Origin: Chrysomallon squamiferum | Lineage: Eukaryota; Animalia; Mollusca | Length of the DNA: 64,000 nucleotides | Direction: 5' to 3' | NCBI GenBank assembly: GCA_012295275.1 | Contig: CM022679.1 | Location: 19,344,001-19,408,000 of the forward strand | In this document: positions 1 to 13,500 of the stretch, piece after piece | Layout of the letters: the number at the start of each line of letters is the position of its first letter | Numbering within the stretch: position 1 is the first letter of the stretch | The notes under the pieces: model-generated | What the model saw: only the letters and a program-made list of their open reading frames with translations | Told to the model about the DNA's origin: nothing | Databases searched by the model: none | Made by a program: the position numbers and the translations under genes

Positions 1-98
1 GTGTGTGTGTGTGTCTATATATATATATGGGTGTGTGTGTGGGTGTATGTATGTATATGTATATATAAATGTGTGTGTGTGTGTGTGGATGTTTGTGT
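1..98. repeat. Compound (GT)n/(AT)n microsatellite
   Basis: Direct reading of the sequence. Confidence 0.9.
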
Positions 99-2609
99 GA
101 ATATAAATGATTTATGACCAAGTGCAAAAGTCACTGAAAAAAGTTGTTCACTATAAGTATATAAACAAAAAATAACCTTAAATATTTTGTTAAGGTATAG
201 CTTATCCCAAGACCACATTCATTTCATAATGATAATAAAAATATAATACAACATTAATCATTCAGAAAAAAAAAAAAAGATACTTCCTTGCTTTAACTAG
301 TGGAGAACTGCAAAACATTTCATCAAAGAATATGCTATACAATACTAGAGAGTCACATAGGCACAACAGTACTGCTTAATTTTAAAAATAAGACAAAGAA
401 TCACAACCAAAGTATGAATATGTCAGTAGGTGTAATAATAACAGCTGTATTTTTATTTGTGAACTGAAACAAATAAAAACAACCTTATATGGCTTCTAAA
501 ATGTTTATCACAATAATACAATCGGAAAAATAATTTATTAAATTATTTTCAATATTTATATTAAAAAAACATTTAATAAGCACAGATCAATAGTATTAGT
601 TTGAAAATATATTTTTTTCATTAAAACAATACATTAGCACCATATATATTTTTATATATATATATATTCCTTTCATAATTCAAAAAATATATAAAACACA
701 ATTTTTTTATTTTTTCTCATTATGACCTTAAAGGGTTTTTTTTATTAACATTACCTAATTTTCAATTACTATTATTAAAAAAGTGAAACACAGAGAATGT
801 ATTTAAAAGAACAAACTGTTTAAGACTATTAAGATTACTGCTTGCTAAGTGTAATCTTGTTTTAATTATGCAGTTACAAAACATAAATTATTGCTTTATT
901 ATGAATGTCAGTATAAACATAGTATTTAAAAATTACATATTACACTTACAGTGGAAAAAAATGTCTAATTTGTTCTAATGATTAATCTTGCCCCTCTTAC
1001 ATCTTCTACATTTTATTATTTCAAAACAAATAAATAAATTTGAAAAGAATCATTAAATAATGTAAAAGAATACTATATGAAAATAATTATCATATCTGTA
1101 AGATGCTTTAAATCAATTACAATCAAATGTACTAAAATATATTAGCAAAATATATAAACGATATAAACTGAAATGAACAAAATTCGCAGAAATTTTTTAA
1201 TTTCTTGATTAGTGGTATATTCAGAGATCTATACAAAATAAATTGACATATTTTTTCACTCATCAAATAAATCCATAAATTTATTTTGTTAATAATTGCA
1301 AATAAATGAGACAGTTTGTTCAAAACAGATTCATATGTAACAATTTATACAATGTTATTTTTAACAATTTCTTTTCCATATAATTATAATATAAACAACA
1401 AACTTTGAGTTAGATGAAAATTATATACATCACAATACAGCATATATAAATAAAATATTATTAATGACTACATTTTAAAAATTATTCCCAAGAAAGTGAT
1501 ATTTATATTTACAAGTTGATTAAATACACTGTTTAAAGTTATTAGATGAAACACATGTAAAACTAATGTGTCTGTAAACTTGTTATCTGTAATATTTCAA
1601 TTATTATTTTTCTAAATGTCCTAGGGTTGTCCTTAGGTTTTGATTTAATACAAATAATTATTAAAAACCCCAGATATAATTGATGATATAAATCAAATTG
1701 CATGCACAAATATAACCATTAAAATAAATTTACAAAAAACAAATAAGTACATCCAGTGATTTTAGTTAAAAAAACAACAAAAAATAGTTACATGAAATCT
1801 AAAATCATGAAAACTTGGAATGTTTTAATGTGATTCAGAGTAGAATTTTTGTCCACAACAATTATTCGATGACTAGATATATAAAGCATTAAGATAGTGT
1901 AAATTAAACTGTTCATGATAATTTTAGTAACAGTTGTCTCTTTATATTAATAGCTATATAACTGAAGACAATATTCTTTAGTAATAGAACATGCTTCTAA
2001 CAAATAAACCAACAAAAAAAAAAAAATGTTAATCTTAAAAACATTTCAAAAATAATAAAAATAATCACGTTATTTTTCACTTATCACAGCATGCAAGTTG
2101 AGATAAAAAAAATGAAAATAAAAAAATAAAAAATTATTATTACTGTGGTCCCATAAAACAAATTATGTTTTGATAAAACAAACACACACCAATAAAATAT
2201 ATTTAGAAATAATTATATGCACAATATTATGAAATAACCCACAAAATGTATATTATTTGATGGATTTTGTGTCTTAGGCTATCAACTTGCTTCATCAAAA
2301 TCATCAGAAAGGCTATGCATGGCATTGTTTTACTTGCTGGTAGCAGATAAACTGTTATGGAATTATAAATTTGTAAACATAAACTAACACAACTAAAAAT
2401 AAAATGCCTCCATCATTCTATAGTAACAATGTTAGTGAAATATATATTTAAATTTAACTGTGTCTAAATATTTATTTTCATTTAATTACAAATATTTTGC
2501 ATTTCAGTTAGTTTTTTGATACAAACATGTTTCAAGCTAGAGATTATAATGTTAATAATTAACAATGCAGTGATTCTTTTTGCCTTGGTTGAGAATGATA
2601 AATGTTTTA

Positions 2610-3997
2610 TCATGTATACCATGTAGATTTGCTCTTGCCATCTTTGGATTTTCCATTCTTTCCGCTTACTATGTCTTGACTGAACACTGGAATAAAAAAA
2701 AGTCAGTTTGAAATAAACTGCCAAATGAGATTTATAATTATCACTGTTGTTTTTGTGTAATGTGTCCATTTGACAAATAAAGTGTGTTCTTCTGTTTAAC
2801 TTTATCTCTTGCTTTTATAAAATGTCCAGAATTATTATCCAGAATGTTGATTAATTCACAGTTTCATCAGAATCTTCAAGTTTTGATATATCTATAACAT
2901 AACCCTCAACATATAATATAAATAACAAAAAAAAATAATTAAAAAAAAATGAAATCACAGCTAACACTTACTGAGTCAATCTTGATTCTGTTAATTTAAG
3001 TTCGAATTTTTTTTTTTAATTACATAGAAAGCAGTTCAGGAATGGGTATCTGAACAGTTGAAAATAAACATTTTGCTAAATAAACATATATTTATGTTGG
3101 GCATAATGAATGGAAATATAAACCAAGTATTTGTAGTAAACTGGTTAGTAATTAATATTAAATATCATTTTTATTGTATGAAAATACTTGGCAATAATCT
3201 TAATATTATCAGTATTAAAAATATACTATACATATTTTAATTTCATATAGACAGATATATTTACTTTAAGAATTCTGACAAAGTATGACAAATTTAAAAA
3301 ATGGCTTCACCTTTTTAACAATGATCTGTAAAGTAATATTATATATATTTCTATCTGTAAAATAACAAGAACTTAAAACAACACTTTTTTGGCACATCTC
3401 TTTTCAAAGATCGTACTTTTGATTTCACATTTTATCTATGTCTTGTTTGTTCTGTGTATTGTATGTCAAATGTTACTATTATTATATTAAACACCCAGTA
3501 ATAATCAGTTTTAAAGTTGACATGGGTATATAATGAATCTCTTCTTGAATTCTCTTTTTCAACTTTTCTTACGCTTTCTTTTCTGCTCTTTCTTTTAGAC
3601 CATTAGATTATTGAAATTAATTGTATGAAGCCTATATTGATGGGATTTTGGATGGGGATTTTTTGTGTTTCTTTTTTTTTCTTTTCCAAAACTGTTAATC
3701 TAATTTGGTATGTTATATTATTTGTATACAACTTTTATTGTATACTGTAAAACAATGATTTATGTCTTGCCCAACATCATTATTTCTAAAATAACCAATC
3801 TGCAAGTCTGACAGTTTGTAATATTCAAGTCTGGAACAGTGTTACTATATATTTAAAAATAGATATAAATATGTGCCAAAGGTTAATAATATTTATAATG
3901 TAAGAGTATGTTTTTCTTTATTACAGATTTGTATATTTTATTATATTTTACTTTATCTTGTACATGTAATGCACATATAATCATCTATGTATATATA

Positions 3998-4032
<35 letters not shown>

Positions 4033-4545
4033 GTGTGTGTGTGTTTGCCTATGTATGTGTATATGTATGTGTGTATGTGTGTACATAATTGTATGTATGT
4101 GTGTGTAATTAAATACTGCATTTCAAGCCACAGACAAAGATTCTGCATAACCCCATGACATCACCTACTTTAAAACAAACACATTTGGCATCAATTTGAA
4201 CTTTAAAAAAATTAAATACAAGTATTTATTATAAACAACCAAAATTTATTATAAATGATTTATATTAGAAAGGTAACAGAATTAAGAAATTAGGTAACAA
4301 ATACCAAATGTAAGATTGTATTTCATGCAATTTATTTAATCAATTTCCATGCAAGTATCTTTAGCACCCTCTTCATTCAAAAGCAAAGAAATAAAAATTC
4401 ATCAAAAATAAAATAAAGCTTGCTGAGAAATAAAACATGAAACAGTGATATTGTAACCTGGTTGATAGATTTAAAAGATCCCTATAATTGTTAGTAAAAA
4501 AAAAAAAAATATTATAAAAAAATTAATAATAAAAGAAACAAATAA

Positions 4546-4579
<34 letters not shown>

Positions 4580-7500
4580 TAAAAAAAGATTATAAAATAT
4601 TCATTGTGATGTCTTTAGCACTAAAGCAGTACACTTGTTATTTCTAATTTTGTATTACATAAATATTAACATACCCTATTCATTACCTAATAATATTTTT
4701 ATTCAAACTAAAGATCAAGAATTTAAAAAAATTGAATATCTTTACATTTTTTCTCATCAGTTATTCTAGACACTGAAAACACCATGTTTCAATAATAAAA
4801 AATAAAAAAATAATAATAATAACCATTAAATATGTTAGTTCGAAAATAAAGTTTTTCAGACATGAATTATTTAAATTAAAATAAAATAACAAGAAACATG
4901 CTGAGACAGTGTTTTAGGGATACCTAAAGCCAGGTTGGGCACAATAAAGCCTTTATTATTTGAAATAATCTCCAAAGCCAACCAGCCTGTACATTATGTC
5001 TTCTTCTCACTTAAAACCACAAAATATAAACATTTGTTAGAGCTCTAAAAGCAATCAATATTGCTTAGTATTAGTACATGACTGCTATATCCATATAACA
5101 ATAAAATTATTAAATGATTTATGAAAAACAAGTTAAATGTTATTTAAGTTAAAAACAAATACATATGATATAAAACCTGATCATAATATTAATTTGTTTA
5201 GTTAGCAGCTCCCACTGAACTTGAACAGCAAAAGTAAAATAACAAAATAATGTGAGAACTGTGTGTGTGTGTGTGTGTGTGTGTTTTACAGTATGTTCAA
5301 ATTTTTTGCAAACAGAACTGTCATATAGGATGGATTTTGTCAGAGTTTTAAAATGGTCAATTACTATAATGACAATAAATAAATAAACTTATACATAAAT
5401 AAATAAATAAATAAATAAGAGTAATAATAATAATAATACAATCATAATAATCACAATAAGAAACATAATTTCACAACTTCAACAAACATGTCAAATAACT
5501 CCAGAGACGTTACCATACAATCAATTATAGATTAATATTAAATTTAAATATAAAATTTCACAATTAAAAATACCCCAAGAATAAATAAATCCCAGAAATA
5601 TTTTATAGTATTGGCTTCTTAAAACAGTTTCTAATTAGCATATTATTAGCATCATTCCAAATATGTCGGTGACTGAATACCATAACAAAAAGGAAGACAA
5701 TTTATTTAAATTCACTGATTGGGTATTTAAAAAAATTATAAATTTCAAATGGAAATTAATTACACATTTTGTTAATATAGGGGGAGGAATTATTTTTATT
5801 TATTTATTTATTATTATTATTATTATTATTTTTATTATTTTTTTTTTTTTTTGGCTAGATTAAGCTTAGAAGTATCTGATTTCAACAGAAATAAATACCT
5901 TTTTCATTAATCATTTTAGCAATGTGCTCATCCTCCTCTTCATATCTATATTAAAAAAAATATATTAAAAAAATAGCATAATAGATAACTGGAGCAGGGC
6001 TTTATATAACAAAAAATTATATATAATTATATTATATACATGTCAGTTTTTAGTCATATCTACAAAAAATAACATACACAAACACAGGATGCACACATTC
6101 AGCTGTATAAAGATATAGAGTTCTAAAAAAAACAGTTTGACTAATATTATTGTTTATTAACTTGTAAATTTAAAAACATAAAACAACTTAAAAAAACATA
6201 TCCATGTTGTATCAATACTTTAACACCAAGAAGTGTGTGTAATAAATTAATGATTCAGAACATTGAGAAATGGAGTACCTTTGTTTATCTTCATCCATTG
6301 AATCAACAATGCTACTCCTAGCATTAACTACACCGAGCTTTTTGTTCAACAAAAATTCCTCATATTCTCTTTCTTTGTCTGTTTTTTCAGAGTCTGTAAA
6401 TAAAAACACTTTCTTTCTTCAAGAGATGTATTAAAAACACTAATTAAAGTATTAAAGCAACTAACTGTGTTAAATAACATTTCAGTTTATCAAAAGTATT
6501 AAAAAAAATAATAAATAGTATTTTTTTTATGAATATCCATTTATCTGTTTAGCAGCTTACTTCTGACATTATCAGACATTCAAAAATGTATCCTTATCCA
6601 AGAGATAGAAATGTAAAAATTTAGTTTTATATTAGAAATGTAAATATTTAGTTTTATATTAGAAATGTAAATATTTAGTTTTTATATTCTTTGAACCATT
6701 ATGTTTTAAGTCATATTTTCTTCCTTATTTCTATTTAAAAATGAATCAGTTTCAAACACAAGGACAAAATGGCTGATTACTCACCTGGTTTATTGAGCAG
6801 CCTTCGAAGCTCAGCATCAAGATTTTCTTGTTCATCTTCCAACTCCTGCTCCTTCTGTCTAAATAAACAAATAAACAGACAACAACATCCAAATAAATAC
6901 ATAAACAGAACAAAAGTCGTGCAATGTTTTTGTAACAGTTAGAATTCAGTAATTGGACTGTGGTCTCTTCTCTCTTGCAGTGAGTCAATATCATGATGTA
7001 TAATGTTTCTTTATTAAATGATTAAAATATTTGATCCATTATAAAATGAGTAAATAAAAATAAAAATAAAAAATAAGAATAATCTGAGTTTTTTGGAAAT
7101 ACTACTTACATATAGATTAAGTCTGCCTCTTTGCGGACTAGTTCATTCTTAGCACTGATTAGTCTGAACCATTCTATCATCATGTCATCTTCCTCCTCTG
7201 TTGTACTTGCTAAACATACAAAATAATAACACTTGTAACAATAAAAAAATATATTAAATAACTGTAACATTTGTAATATAAATATAAATTTAATAATATT
7301 TATTTAATTGGTTTATGCCCATATTTCAATTTGACTGCAGATATTAAGTGTGAAATAAATAGAACATACATAATATAATCCTGAAATAAAATTTGACTGT
7401 TAAAACATTTTTATAAAAACTGACTTCCAAATTTCCAAATGTATGCGTATGTAATTGTTTTAACTTTTTAAATTACATTGCATAATTTAAGCAGTTTTAG

Positions 7501-10500
7501 AAAGTTAATACAAAAAGAATCATTTTATTTTTATTTATTTACATATATAACTTTTTTGTTATGATTGTTGACTTTAATAAAAGGGATATATAATATAAAA
7601 AAAATATTAAAAAAAACACATCACTTGTCAGATTATATATATTATGAACATAATTATGATTTAAATGCAAAATATATACAATGTGTAAATGCGAAAGACT
7701 TGTGGTTCAAAATATTTTTCATCAACATAACAATGCTCTATTAGGCAAAATATCCGTTTGTGGAACCAAGAACCAGTTACTATACCATATACTTATAATA
7801 ATACACATGCAAATAGTTTGAAAGGTTATGAACAACCTTGAATCAGTAATGATTTTTTCAGATATTTACAAACAACCAACCCTACAGACATGAGATAAAA
7901 AAAAATTGTTTGCTTTATATCATAATTTTACATCTTTTAAATAAATCACCAATATATAAAGGTAGTCAGTAAATTAGCAATCCAATATTTTTAATGTATT
8001 ATGAAAAACAATTCAGAAGTTTTATTATTGTTGTTGCTGTTGTTAAATAATGTGACTAAAAATTACTTACAAATTAAATTTATATATGGATTACTAAACA
8101 GTCTTTAAGAGGGCACTGGAAAGGGATATGATTTTTGCTATGTACAAATAAAAGATTAATGAAAATGAAGGGGTCTATGTATGACTGAAAAATGATTTTT
8201 GCTATGTACAAGTGAAAGATAATGAAAATGAAGAAGTCTATGAATGACTGAAAAATGGATCACTTATCTGTAGTTTTTTTTAGAAACTAGTTTATTAATA
8301 ACTAGGAATGTTATTTACTAGTGATCTGTTCACATATTTTCATAAGAGGGTAAACATTTATATTTTTAAATGTTTCTTAAAACTCAGACATAAAATTTTT
8401 AAATTACTTAGTGATATATTGCCAAGTGATAGCATACATTATTCTGCTGTTGTGATTAAATATTATATTAGAAATAAAAGGTGAAAAGTGTAAAGAAGTT
8501 ATGTTAGAAGTGACTACAGGTATAATCTGTTAGTGTGTCTTCTACAAGCAAAGTCAAACTAATGAGACCTGAATACTGAGTTGCTTAGACAGCAGCAGAA
8601 TGAGACCAGTAATAAACTGATACATATAGCTCCTCTTATTTTATTGTACTGCTCCTTTATTATTAATGCGTAAACTGGATTATGTTTTTTCTGGTGTTTT
8701 TTTTATCATTTGTTTACCACTTAAATGTTTTTAGATGATGTTTCAAACTTTTACCTCAGAAATACAGTAATCTGATGATTTAACACATTAAGAAATATAA
8801 CAATAATTCATAATTAATATTAAAATAATCACTATAAGGATAACTAACATAATACAAACCTTTATCCAAAACAAATGATCATTCAAACATTCCATTCCCA
8901 CATACACATCTAAATCTATTAATTCACTGTGTAGTAAATTGGAGTCAGTGGAGGAAATTATGTAAATTATTAAAAATTATGTAGATTAAACTGCATTGAC
9001 CTCAGTGATATCAATGCAAACATATGGCTATATTTAACAATATCATCATATGTTTAACCCAAGAGACAAATGTGAAAATATAATATAATTACCACATATA
9101 TATATATTTTTTTTTTTTTGAATCAGTTTAATAAAAAAAATATGACCCCAACTTTTATTCATTCAGTTATAATAAATTTACTTAGTAGTTGCTAGCTGAA
9201 ATTATTTTCATTTAAAGGATTTAAAACATATTTTACAAATTCCTAACACAAAATAACAAAATATTTTCCAAGTAAGTATCTTTTATCACAAACTTCCAAC
9301 TTTAGACACAGATTAATTAATAAACTTTACAATATGTTACAATTCTATTTTACATTTTAGAAAAAAATCTTGTTTTCAATTTAAAATACTTTGAAAAAAT
9401 AATATTCATGTTTAGGCTTGGTTAAAACATAGAAACTGTTCAATACAAATATTTAACCAGAGATTTAATAATAAAAAAAAAACTTCATGTGCTAATGTTA
9501 TTTTGTGAAAGCAATTTGCTATTCAGATTAATTATTGTTATTTATTATTATTATTTTGGATTTATTTTGTTAGTAAAAGCTAAAAACATAGAACTGCCAC
9601 CAACATTCCCATAAATTTCCTACCACTTGTAAAAAAAACCCCATCAGTTAAAAAAACCACCTGTGTCAGATTTTCTGCATACTCCAAGGGAGTTAAAGCC
9701 AGTTAGGTAACCAAAATGAAATGGATTGGTAAAGGACAGAAGATAAATTAATGCAGAAGACTATAGGGCAAATATTTCAACTTAGGATACTGTTGATAGG
9801 TGAAAAAATCATGATATTTTAAAGCATGTGAACTGTACTACTACAAATTTACTACTACAAAAACAAAGAAATGATGTTTTTGAAATATGAAAAAAATTAC
9901 TGTATTTTTTGTTTTTTAAACTAATTTTACCATTTAGAAAAAATGCATATAAATTAAAATATATTTATTTTAATTTTATTATTAGTTCTTTATTATTGTT
10001 ATTATTATTATTACAATAACATATATTTACCAATCTATTGCCTATTACATGTATTGGTTTTTCAAAAACAAAAAAAGGAAAAAATTTAAAAAGAAAGAAA
10101 AGCTGGTAATTCATTAGAATTATTTAAGTAGTCAAAAATTAATTAAAATTTACATTATAAGCAAATTGAAATTAAATAAATATTAAGCCTTGCCAATAAA
10201 TGTAAAACAAAATAATATAACTACCTATTCAAATTTAAAACAATAGCATAAATGAATTGTAATACATGGAATAATGTTTGGTGTTTAAACATAAAAGAGA
10301 GAGATATGGCAGCTACTGAAAAGTGATGCTATGAAACCGTTTACAATAAGGGATAACATGTGACCAGGTTTGAAAAATACACATGTATCAGATTCATGCC
10401 AAATGCACAATAAGTAAAATCAAACAACATTAAAAGCAATGGATTCAAAACGATTACCCTAGAAAAATGTACTTATTCCCCTTGTCTGATCTCTGATCTG

Positions 10501-13500
10501 AAAGGTTAGAAAAGCAAATGGCTGGGTGAAGAAAACATTCCAGGTTAATAAAGTATTCATGCTCAATGGGAGACAACTGTAGTACTGAAACACAAGATGG
10601 CAGCAACACAAGTTCACATGTGCATATTATTATTATTAATATTATTATTATTATTTTTATTATTCTTTATTTATTAATTAACAAAAAATTTATTTTAACA
10701 CAAGTGAAATATTTTATTTTTTATCATTTTCTTTCTTTTTGTTTTAGGTAAAATTTCAGCTTTATGAAACAATACCTTTTATTTTATTATATTTATTTAA
10801 ATACATTTTCTGTGCTTTTATTCAATATTATTATTATTATTTATTTATTTATTATTTTTTTTTTTTTTCATTTCATATTATTGTATTTTTAACACTATAC
10901 ATATACATTTACAAACAGATAATTGTTCATACAAAATATTTTTGAAGTCCACTAAGATATTATTTTGAATGTTTATTTTATAAAGTACATCTGTATTTTA
11001 TTGTAATTCTGAAATTAAAATGTACAGGTTAAAGGTATACATGATCTTTAGACTTCTATGTTATGTCTCATATAAAGACAAAGACATTCCATTAAAAATA
11101 CTGCAAAACAATTAAAAACATCCCAAAAATGTATTACATTAATACACTATTACAGACTTTAACTTTTTATATTTTTTGTTTGTTTTTCCCTTTTCATCTT
11201 TTACCACAAATTCAAATCAGTTAAGAAATCATTTACAGTAACTTTAAATAAAATAGTTCTTCTAAAAAATTTAGAATTAAATCTGTAATTATTTCAATAA
11301 TTTGGTGCAGTAAACAAATAGTAAAAGATATGCACTGTGAACATACTACTATAAAATTTTTGTTATTAGGTGCACTGCATAATCATTTGCAAAGCATTGG
11401 TGATCTATGAATAATATCAGTTAGTACATGACAACAAAATACAGAACTAATGAGAAGTTAAATGATGTTGATGCATTTTTAAATATGAATTTTAAATAAT
11501 AAACCCTGAACAGGATAAGAGCAGAAGTGACTAAACAATGCAAAAAAAAAAAATGTTAACAGTAAGTAATTTCTATTCTTCAAGTAATAAAAATGGTTGT
11601 TATTTCAGTCATATTTTTTTATAACAAAGGAAAAAAATATAAATAATTTTAAATTTATCAAGAATAGTAAATATAGTCATGAAATGTTACATTACCATTT
11701 CTAATGGAATCTTCAAGTTCTCTTCCTCGAAGTTCAAGTTCTGTAAGTTTGGTGTCAATCTCGAAAAGCTGGTTTTGGAATTCTTCTGGATTTAAACGAC
11801 CTGGACTAATCTGCAAAAAGCAACAACAAAAATCCCATTTAATTTCCAAAGTAATTAGAAATATAAATTTGACTTAAATAATAAGACATCATAATATTTT
11901 TTTAATTATAAAACAAATCTTGAATATAGTATTTAATATTTTGTTTTGTTGCACATTCTGTAAATATTATAAAAATGAAAAAGTCATTTCAATGAAATCC
12001 TCAGTTAATAAATACTAATTATAAATCTAATTGTTTTTTTAAATTAATAATTCATTTCTTTAAATAAAAGATAAGAAAAATATACTGGACTGACAAGATG
12101 ATAATTTTTATTGTCCTGATTATTTATTTTCTGTGTTTCCCCCTTTTTATGTTTAATTAAATGGTAAATTCATAATGCAGCAACTATTACTAATGTTAAT
12201 AAAACTGTAAATTACATTTCTTACTGTGAATCTAAATGGACTCTTATTTGTATATCAAAAAATGTTCAGTACCCAAGATTAAATCAGTATAAATATATAT
12301 GTATCAAATAGTTAAAATTCTGAAAGTCTAAATCATGTCAAGGACAAAAAAATAAACATCCACAGAAGTATTTAGTTTAAATAAACTTGTTAATCTGAAA
12401 AACAAATTATGCAAATTATACTAAAATTAGAATTTTTTTTTTTTTCTCTAGTAGAAATATAGGATGGGAATTATAATTTTATAAAGTTTGCTTAACAGTC
12501 ATCCTATACTAGTTTTACAATTGCTGTAAATATGTTATAAACTAATTATTATTATTTTCTTCTTTCTTACACATCTTCTAACAAGGATAATATTAATTTG
12601 AATTTAAGATACAAATTTGGAGTTGGTTCTACAGCTCAGGTACTATTTAAATATGAAAGCCTAAAGCTGATGTTAAAATTATTTAAATGATCAATGTTAA
12701 AAATGTTCTTAAATATAATGATAACAAAATCAAATGATTTAAAAAGAAAAACAAATATGGTATATACAATTACATTACAGTAAATATTTGTTTAATGATT
12801 TGAATCTGAATGTTATTAATGATCAATGTTTGTCTGAATTAAATATTTATCCTGAAACTAAATACTAATAAATGACTGACCTCTGACCTCATTAAAAAGT
12901 AAGATCATTGAAAATAAAAGTAGCTTCTCTATCAAGTTAGCTATGGCTGACATGTTAATGATACAAACTCAGATTATGAAACTTCATTAAAAATAAAATC
13001 AGTATTGATTCAGGTGTACAAACATAAAAATTGTTCTTTGATACAATATAAAATCAAAGTAAAAATTCTATGAAGCAAAATTACATATAAAAAAAGGGAA
13101 TAAAGTAATTTTAAATTTAAAAAAATATATATTCATAACTTACATGTATCTTGGGTGGTAGAGGTCTGGGTGGTGTCAGTCTTGCTGTAGATGATTGTGG
13201 TTTTGGAGGCCCAATTGGGGAAACACTTGGTGTCTTACTGCTGTTGTCAGGTGTCTTTGATTTAAATGTAAAACTGAATTTTGTGTCAACAGGTATTTTC
13301 TTCAAATGTCTTGGAGGAGATGGTGGACGAGGTGGAGGCCTTAATTTAATTCTGGTCGGAGAATCTGGAGATTTAGGGGTAGAATGAAATACTTTTTGTT
13401 CTGGTTTATTCTGCTTGGATGACAGTATTTCTGGGGTCTGAGGCTCATCTATTTTCATTTCAACTTCTTTTTTAACCTTTCCTTTCTCAGGATCAACAAA

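Noticed and set aside
15-5863. Short ORFs such as 15-218, 3908-4108 and 5663-5863, and similar ones at 25974-26222, 42907-43116 and 44379-44600
   Set aside because: They are translations of microsatellites and AT-rich low-complexity DNA.
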